Assembly (NCBI GenBank): GCA_047602425.1
Contig: JASGHG010000001.1
Location: 1,856,001 to 1,920,000 of the forward strand
Origin: Nibricoccus sp.
GTDB lineage: Bacteria; Verrucomicrobiota; Verrucomicrobiia; Opitutales; Opitutaceae
DNA length: 64,000 nucleotides
Direction: 5' to 3'
In this document: positions 58,290 through 64,000 of the stretch, piece by piece
How positions within the stretch are numbered: the stretch's first letter is position 1
How the letters are laid out: each line of letters begins with the position of its first letter
Position numbers and translations under genes: made by a program
Notes under the pieces: generated by a model
What the model was told of the DNA's origin: nothing
Databases searched by the model: none
Seen by the model: only the letters and a program-made list of their open reading frames with translations

Positions 58290-60261
58290 TCAGTTAAAGA
58301 AGTATCCCGGGACTACCGCGGTGGATTGAGTCTCCGGAGAATAAGAGAGCTCAAAGGTGCGCGTTATGCGCGAATGCAAAGTAGCCAAATGCTTCGACCC
58401 GATTTCCTCGTCTGTGGAAAGGATAATCACTTGGTGACTTGCGTATGGGAAATAGTTTTCAACTAGATTTGAACGGTGGTGCGAATCCAGTCGGCCCAAT
58501 GGCGTATCAATGATTGTTGGAAGTGGTCGTCCGGAGGCGCGTGCGAGTCCCCAAAGCGTTGAGATAGCTAACAATTGACGTTCTCCAGCGGAGAGACGGT
58601 CCGCATGCAATTCGTGTCCGGTCTCTCGGTATAGAGTCATACGATAAGTTTTTGGATCGATCTTTATTGCGCTTACAAAATCCTTTTTGCGAACCAACTG
58701 CTGGAAGGATTCCAAAATCAGGTTCTCGATCTGCTTGATCTTTCTCTCCAAAACTCGGATTCGAAATTGCTTCATCGTTTCGCGGACCTTCGCTGCAAAT
58801 TTGATCTTACGAGATGCGTCGTCCTTAGCGGCTGACTCGATGACATTCTGCTCTAGAATATTGGCAATCGCACGTTCCTGTTCCTCGACCAGACGTCGCA
58901 TTTTTTCTATCTGCTCGGTGAGCATGCTACTTTCCACCTGCTTCTTCACTAGATTTTTTTGAGCAATTGCGAGCTCCTCCGATGCTTGAGCGATAGCGGC
59001 TTCATCCGGAACACGCGCTAATGTTTCATCAATACGCATTACTTGTTCATTCAGCTGAGCGTATTCTCTTGTGAGCTTCGAACACCGCTTCCGTATTTCC
59101 TCGAATACCGAAGGTGTTATTCTCTCCAAGCTTTGTATAGCTGACTTATCCAAATTGAGAAAGCACTCGATCTTAGTGGTATGCTCGCGACGTTTACGGT
59201 CGGCACTGAAAAGCGCATCGAGCTTATTTTGGGCCGCCGCAGGAAAAGATGCTGCACGCAATATCGCGCGGTCGCGTTTTTCGAGTTCAGCAAGCATTAG
59301 ACGTTGTTGCTCAGCGGACTCCTCACGCTGCGCTTGATTACACACATCTGCAACCTGTGCGTTTACGATCAAAAGCGGCGCAACGCCTGCTGCTATTTCT
59401 CGCATCTCGTGTTCTATCCGGTCAAGCTGCGCTCGGGCCGACTCACGCTGGGCGCCAAGTTCCTTACGGCGGGCGAAAAGATCACCGCCCTGCCGACGAA
59501 AATTGGCTTCCTCCTTCTCAACTCTCTTTTGTAGCTGATCTGTCTCGTTTTGCAGCTTCCCCTTTTCGAAAAGAAGGTTTCGAAGCTCTTCTTGAAAAGA
59601 AACGTGCTTTGCTTCCCGTTGCGTCAGCTCGGAAGACCCTTGGCCGCCATGCTGATCCTTGGAAATATCACGTTCATATACGACAAGGTCCTTCTCCAAT
59701 CGATCAACCAGATCAATACCAAGCAGCGTATTAATTGCCGTCGTGAGCATCGACGCGGCATTGTCGGACCTCGGCCAGGCGAGCGATTTGTTCACCATCA
59801 AAAAAGAACAGCTCCGCTAGTCCCACAGGCACGAATTGATCCACATGCTCTAGCCAGTTTTCAGCCAGATCCAGATCACTGACGTTGTCACGTAGCACCG
59901 TCAGGGTTTCGGATATGCTTTTCCCAGTCGGCACCCATCGTCGAGTGATAATAAACTCGTGAGTTTGGGCATCGAAGGTTTGCCGAATTTCCAATGACAC
60001 ACTGCCGCCTTCACCGGGCAACGCGCCGTGCGAAATGGACCTTCGAAGAAACTCATCGTAGGCAAGGTTTCCGCGCGTGGAACAACGGCTCAACTTTCCA
60101 AAAAGCGCAAGTTGGATCGCATCCAGTAGGGTAGTCTTACCACCGCCGTTTAGTCCGCCGAAAAGTACGATGGGCTTCTCACGAGATGTTGGCGAAAGAT
60201 CGATTTCGTGAACGCCCGCGTAAACGCCAAAATTTTCCAGACGAAGTTTCCGAATAATCAT
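58290..60261 (-). pseudogene. dndD: DNA sulfur modification protein DndD (SMC-like ATPase), frameshifted near 59770
   Basis: ORF1 LENFGVYAG, GLNGGGKTT, LFFFDGEQI; ORF2 LLGIDLV, coiled coil, LSAGERQ, IIDTPLGRLD, LSTDEE. Confidence 0.88.
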
Positions 60262-62162
60262 GTCGTGATGGCCTCCGCCGAAATGTCCTTGTTTTCAAAA
60301 CGGCTGCGAATTCGTTCACGCGCACTCTGACGACGGATCGCCATCTGAGTGGCATCCTCTTCATTTTCATAGAAGCCGCGCTTGATCGCATCGTCTATCG
60401 CTCCAAATAGGCCAGCACGTCGGGACATTGTGCGAAAGCGGCGTTCTACGTCGAGAAGTTCACGCGCAAGCTCATAATGCACCCGATCTCCAGCACATAC
60501 TTCGTGTAGGATTGCCATTTCATCCCGCCCAAACATCAAGTTCTCATCGAGTGTTTTCCCTGGATATTGCTTCCCGGAGGCTTGTTCAAATATGGTCGGG
60601 AGCGAGTCCTCGATCTCGTGTTTCTCTACAACCCAAATCCGCCGGATTTCCTCCAGCTCATGAAGAGTGATCAATTCCATAGTTTCGGCGTGCTGGATTC
60701 CGCTCTCCCGGCCCAGCTTTCGTACAGCTTCTTGTGTTTTTAAAAGTTGAAAGAGTATTTCCTCGCGAGCTTGCTGAGTATAAGGGCCGTGTACTGACCG
60801 CCCATTGTAAATCGTGATGCTGCCATTCATACGGCGAAAATCACGGCGCTCACGATCAGTTTGTTCGTCACGTCGCCCGTCAGCTGGTCGAAAATCTAGG
60901 TATTTATTTCGGAATACTAGCAGAGGATACATCCATTCCTTTTCCTCGTCGTTTTGTACCATTGCGGACATCGACTTGTCTTTATCCACTAACGTGCAAA
61001 CCCAACAACCAAAGCGGCTGTCACCACAGCTTGGCGTTGAGGTATCAACTACTAGGGGGCACTCGCCGTCCGCCGAAGCCCCTTGATACATTGTTAACAG
61101 ATCCTTGTTGTTGTAACCCCAAGGATTCGAAAACTGCATGAGGAACATCCACACCTCATCATTAGTCCAGTCCTCAATTACTGAGTAAACGAGAGTTCCC
61201 GGTAGCGATGAGTTCGGGCTAAGTCGATCTCGAACCCGATATTTTTCGTGTTCGATCATCGTACGCTGACGCCGTTGGCTTTCCTTTTTTCGAGTTCCAA
61301 GCAAAAGGATAGCTTCACCATTGCCACGAACGATTGAACCAATAAACGCATTGGAAGGGCTAATCTTCATTCGTTCTGTGCACCATCTGAATTTATGACG
61401 AGGTGCAGGATAGCCTTTCCCTATCAGATTAACCCAATAGGTATTTTCGACACTTGGAGTCAGTCGCTGCGCGCGGAATGGCATCCTCCGATCAATTGCA
61501 GCGCGATCCATTTGGGAAAGTGATGCACCGACCCACTGAGCAACCACAGGATTTTCAACGAGCGTGTCAGTGCTGATCACATGAATAGGCTTCGTTCGCT
61601 GCTCCACTGGCAGCTCTTCGATTGCTTGCCATGTAAGTTGGACCACGGCTGTGGAGTCTTTTCCTCCACTATAGCCAATAATCCACGGAACAGGGTCGGC
61701 GAGATAGAGATCACGAATTTCTTGCCGCAGAACCTTTAGGTCATCCCTAAAATTGCGGCGATTTTCTCCGTTCCCAGAATGTGTAACACGGTTTTTCTTA
61801 TCTGCAGCCTCAAGGAAAGGGATAACGGTTTTGCTTCTGACACTCGCGCTTAACCGATCGAAGTCGCTCTCCCGAAATCCCCAAAAAATATCTGAATCAG
61901 GCACCGTAGCATTAACGCTAAGCACCGACAATGCATCCGCCAAAGTTTCGCGACTCCGTTTTTCGTCGTCTGGAAAAAACACTAATAAGTGTTTTTTTAT
62001 AATCCCTGCGGCGCCCACTGTATCCTCTCCGATCCTCTCCTCCGTAACGCCAAGTTGTTTGGCTAATACTGGCAACGGGTCATTGTCGTCATTAAGTACT
62101 ACAAGATGCACAACAAGCCCAATGGATTGGGCGAGGATCGTTGACCAAGTCGCGTACATCAT
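60258..62162 (-). CDS. dndC: DNA phosphorothioation sulfurtransferase DndC with N-terminal extension
   Basis: PWIIGYSGGKDS, DTLVENP, IGKGYPAP..FRWCT, ECPLVVD..TPSCGDSRFGCWVCT; true start may be 62196. Confidence 0.92.
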   Translation of the reverse strand: MMYATWSTILAQSIGLVVHLVVLNDDNDPLPVLAKQLGVTEERIGEDTVGAAGIIKKHLLVFFPDDEKRSRETLADALSVLSVNATVPDSDIFWGFRESDFDRLSASVRSKTVIPFLEAADKKNRVTHSGNGENRRNFRDDLKVLRQEIRDLYLADPVPWIIGYSGGKDSTAVVQLTWQAIEELPVEQRTKPIHVISTDTLVENPVVAQWVGASLSQMDRAAIDRRMPFRAQRLTPSVENTYWVNLIGKGYPAPRHKFRWCTERMKISPSNAFIGSIVRGNGEAILLLGTRKKESQRRQRTMIEHEKYRVRDRLSPNSSLPGTLVYSVIEDWTNDEVWMFLMQFSNPWGYNNKDLLTMYQGASADGECPLVVDTSTPSCGDSRFGCWVCTLVDKDKSMSAMVQNDEEKEWMYPLLVFRNKYLDFRPADGRRDEQTDRERRDFRRMNGSITIYNGRSVHGPYTQQAREEILFQLLKTQEAVRKLGRESGIQHAETMELITLHELEEIRRIWVVEKHEIEDSLPTIFEQASGKQYPGKTLDENLMFGRDEMAILHEVCAGDRVHYELARELLDVERRFRTMSRRAGLFGAIDDAIKRGFYENEEDATQMAIRRQSARERIRSRFENKDISAEAITT

Positions 62163-62195
62163 CGTCGGAGAGCAGAAAACGCTGATTTTTGTCCA

Positions 62196-63344
62196 TTAGG
62201 AAATCCGATTTAGCGTAGAAGGTGTGTTATGTTGCTGGTGAAAGGCATCCTCGATTCGCTGCTCTTCATCGCTCAGCCGGAGCTTAAGTTCTTTCTTAAT
62301 CAAATTCCTGGTGAGGATCGGATGATTGCCGCCAGTGGTTAACCGACCTGCATTCATCGCACGTCCCTCCCAATCAGAATTTGACCGTTGCCAATCGAGC
62401 CTACCGACAGCAACGAGATCACGCTCCCATGTCTTGGGACGCTCCTTAATCAACTGATTGACGCTCGCTGCCAAGCCCTGCAACGCGATCGAATAGGGGT
62501 AAAAATATGTCTCCTTTACCTCCTGCGCCATGACTTTGCCAGCAACCATATCCTTTACTTTTGGTAAACAACCTTCGAGCACGCTCCAAAAGCGCGTACA
62601 TAGTTCGGCATCTTTAGGTACCTCTTGTGTCAGCAGATCTTTCAGCAAAAGCCCGTGAGCCTTATCCAGAGCGCTGATAGTGAAAATGCGAGGGGAGCCA
62701 ACTGCGCAGCTCGAAGCGAACAATTCAACCCGATCACGAAGAATATCACATCTATCTATAGTATACTTCGTAACTGCTGATAAGTAGGGACGGCTATCGA
62801 ACGTTGTCGTGATATTTCTATTAGTACGAATTGGATGACCATTCAGGTCAGAGAACATTTGCCGCGCCCGCTTCACACCACGATCAATGTAAAATACAAC
62901 ACCCAAAGTTTCCATCTTTAGCTCAGGGCGTCGTTCAACCGCGTGCTTAATTGCGGCACACCTGTGCTGACCATCGTTGATAATTAAATCAGCACTTTGG
63001 GGTACATGAAGAATTCCAACCTGCAAATTCTCGCGTTCCTCACTCAACGGCTCAAAACGCACGTCGCCATCAATGGAGGCGATTATCGGAGGGAGAATGT
63101 AATCGTCAAAGTACTTAACCAAGTAGTCAGCAATCTTGGGTATACGTGATTTGTTGATTTGCCGCTGAATCACTTTTTCTGGCGGCAGGCTCTCAGGCGG
63201 GAACGGTAAGTGCTTCACAATGAAGCTCAAAGGACACATTGCCATAAAGTATTGGCGCCCTGCCTGAATACCTCTCAATACCGGTAGCGATAAAACAGGA
63301 GCGACGCTCGGTAACGAGGGAGTAGCTTCAATTTTTCGCGTCAT
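62196..63344 (-). CDS. dndB: DNA sulfur modification regulator DndB (DGQHR domain)
   Basis: RGIQAGRQYF, QRQINKSRIPKIADY, INDGQHR, QMFSDLN, DWQRSNSDWEGR. Confidence 0.9.
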   Translation of the reverse strand: MTRKIEATPSLPSVAPVLSLPVLRGIQAGRQYFMAMCPLSFIVKHLPFPPESLPPEKVIQRQINKSRIPKIADYLVKYFDDYILPPIIASIDGDVRFEPLSEERENLQVGILHVPQSADLIINDGQHRCAAIKHAVERRPELKMETLGVVFYIDRGVKRARQMFSDLNGHPIRTNRNITTTFDSRPYLSAVTKYTIDRCDILRDRVELFASSCAVGSPRIFTISALDKAHGLLLKDLLTQEVPKDAELCTRFWSVLEGCLPKVKDMVAGKVMAQEVKETYFYPYSIALQGLAASVNQLIKERPKTWERDLVAVGRLDWQRSNSDWEGRAMNAGRLTTGGNHPILTRNLIKKELKLRLSDEEQRIEDAFHQQHNTPSTLNRIS

Positions 63345-63411
63345 TATACTATAATCTTGAAAAATTATGCCTTCCTTGGCAAGACTTTTAGTATAATTTC
63401 AACTCAAAACA

Positions 63412-64000
63412 ATGGACCCAGTTTACCTCGATTGCGCAGCAACCACCCCCATTGAACCTGCTGTGGCTGAGGCTATTCTGCAGTACACGACGGAAGAATT
63501 TGGCAATGCAGGCAGCAGGACTCACGAATACGGAAACCGCGCTAAAGTAGCGGTCCAAAAAGCACGCAGTCAGGTCGGGCAGCTGGTTGGTGCTCCGCGG
63601 GAAGATGTTATTTTTACGAGCGGTGCCACCGAAAGTAACAATCTGGCAATCCTTGGGCTAGCTGCATTCGCGCGAACAAATCAAAAGATGCATATCATCA
63701 CTTCCAGCATCGAGCACAAAGCCGTTCTGGAACCCTTTCACAGACTAAGCGAGCAGGGTTTTAAGGTTACATGCATCGCTCCCGGACCCAAAGGTTTTAT
63801 TGAACCCGACGCACTTTCCAGTGCTCTGACTGCTGACACTAGTTTGGTCTCATTGATGCAGGTAAACAATGAGACAGGCGTAATCCAACCGCTTTCGGAC
63901 TACTGCAAAGTACTCCGGAAGCACCACGCATTCTTTCATGTAGACGGGGCACAGGGCATCGGCAAATTGCCGCCCGAACAAATCGATCCACGTATCGATT
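63412..64000 (+). CDS. dndA: Cysteine desulfurase DndA (partial), divergent from dndB
   Basis: Translated by eye: MDPVYLDCAATTP, FGNAGSRTHEYG, FTSGATESNN, IEHKAVL, VNNETG, HVDGAQG; open to the window end. Confidence 0.88.
   Translation, partial: MDPVYLDCAATTPIEPAVAEAILQYTTEEFGNAGSRTHEYGNRAKVAVQKARSQVGQLVGAPREDVIFTSGATESNNLAILGLAAFARTNQKMHIITSSIEHKAVLEPFHRLSEQGFKVTCIAPGPKGFIEPDALSSALTADTSLVSLMQVNNETGVIQPLSDYCKVLRKHHAFFHVDGAQGIGKLPPEQIDPRID

Larger units (their letters stand above)
35490..64000. mobile_element. Integrative conjugative element inserted at the 3' end of ssrA (right end outside window)
   Basis: Integrase directly after ssrA, then VirB4/B6/B10-like T4SS genes, MOBF relaxase, coupling protein and dnd cargo. 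Confidence 0.88.

Noticed and set aside
56230..59801. Programmed ribosomal frameshifting in the coupling protein or dndD
   Set aside because: No slippery heptamer, homopolymer run or obvious stimulatory hairpin at either junction.
1..64000. CRISPR array, rRNA, tRNA, IS transposase, prophage or reverse transcriptase
   Set aside because: No repeat-spacer array or diagnostic motifs seen; the only tRNA-like sequence is the tmRNA.

Overview
Two-part window from a GC-rich bacterium; gene content and style suggest Opitutaceae/Verrucomicrobiota (inference). 1-35.5 kb is core chromosome with apparently intact genes: a TPR lipoprotein, a GHMP-kinase/UDP-sugar-pyrophosphorylase fusion with a neighbouring nucleotidyltransferase, nadC-birA-coaX, a GPH-family MFS transporter, a GldAFG-like ABC cluster with DUF4340- and AsmA-like genes, a hybrid histidine kinase, a TonB-dependent receptor, an internally duplicated prepilin peptidase, galK, ygfZ-like, DAHP synthase, mdh and tmRNA (ssrA). 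Immediately after ssrA an integrative conjugative element (ICE) begins and runs past the window end. It has a tyrosine integrase, small genes preceded by long stem-loops, a divergent VirB-like T4SS operon with no recognisable VirB1 or VirB11 that ends in a stand-alone ClpB-D2-like ATPase and an atypical LuxR-family regulator, a MOBF relaxase, a frameshifted coupling protein, and a dndA-dndBCDE DNA phosphorothioation cluster (dndD frameshifted, dndC with a long N-terminal extension). A recurring 16-bp TACCG-N6-CGGTA-like palindrome lies upstream of the tra operon, relaxase, coupling protein and two small genes, suggesting an ICE-specific transfer regulon. All calls are by eye from motifs; no searches were run.
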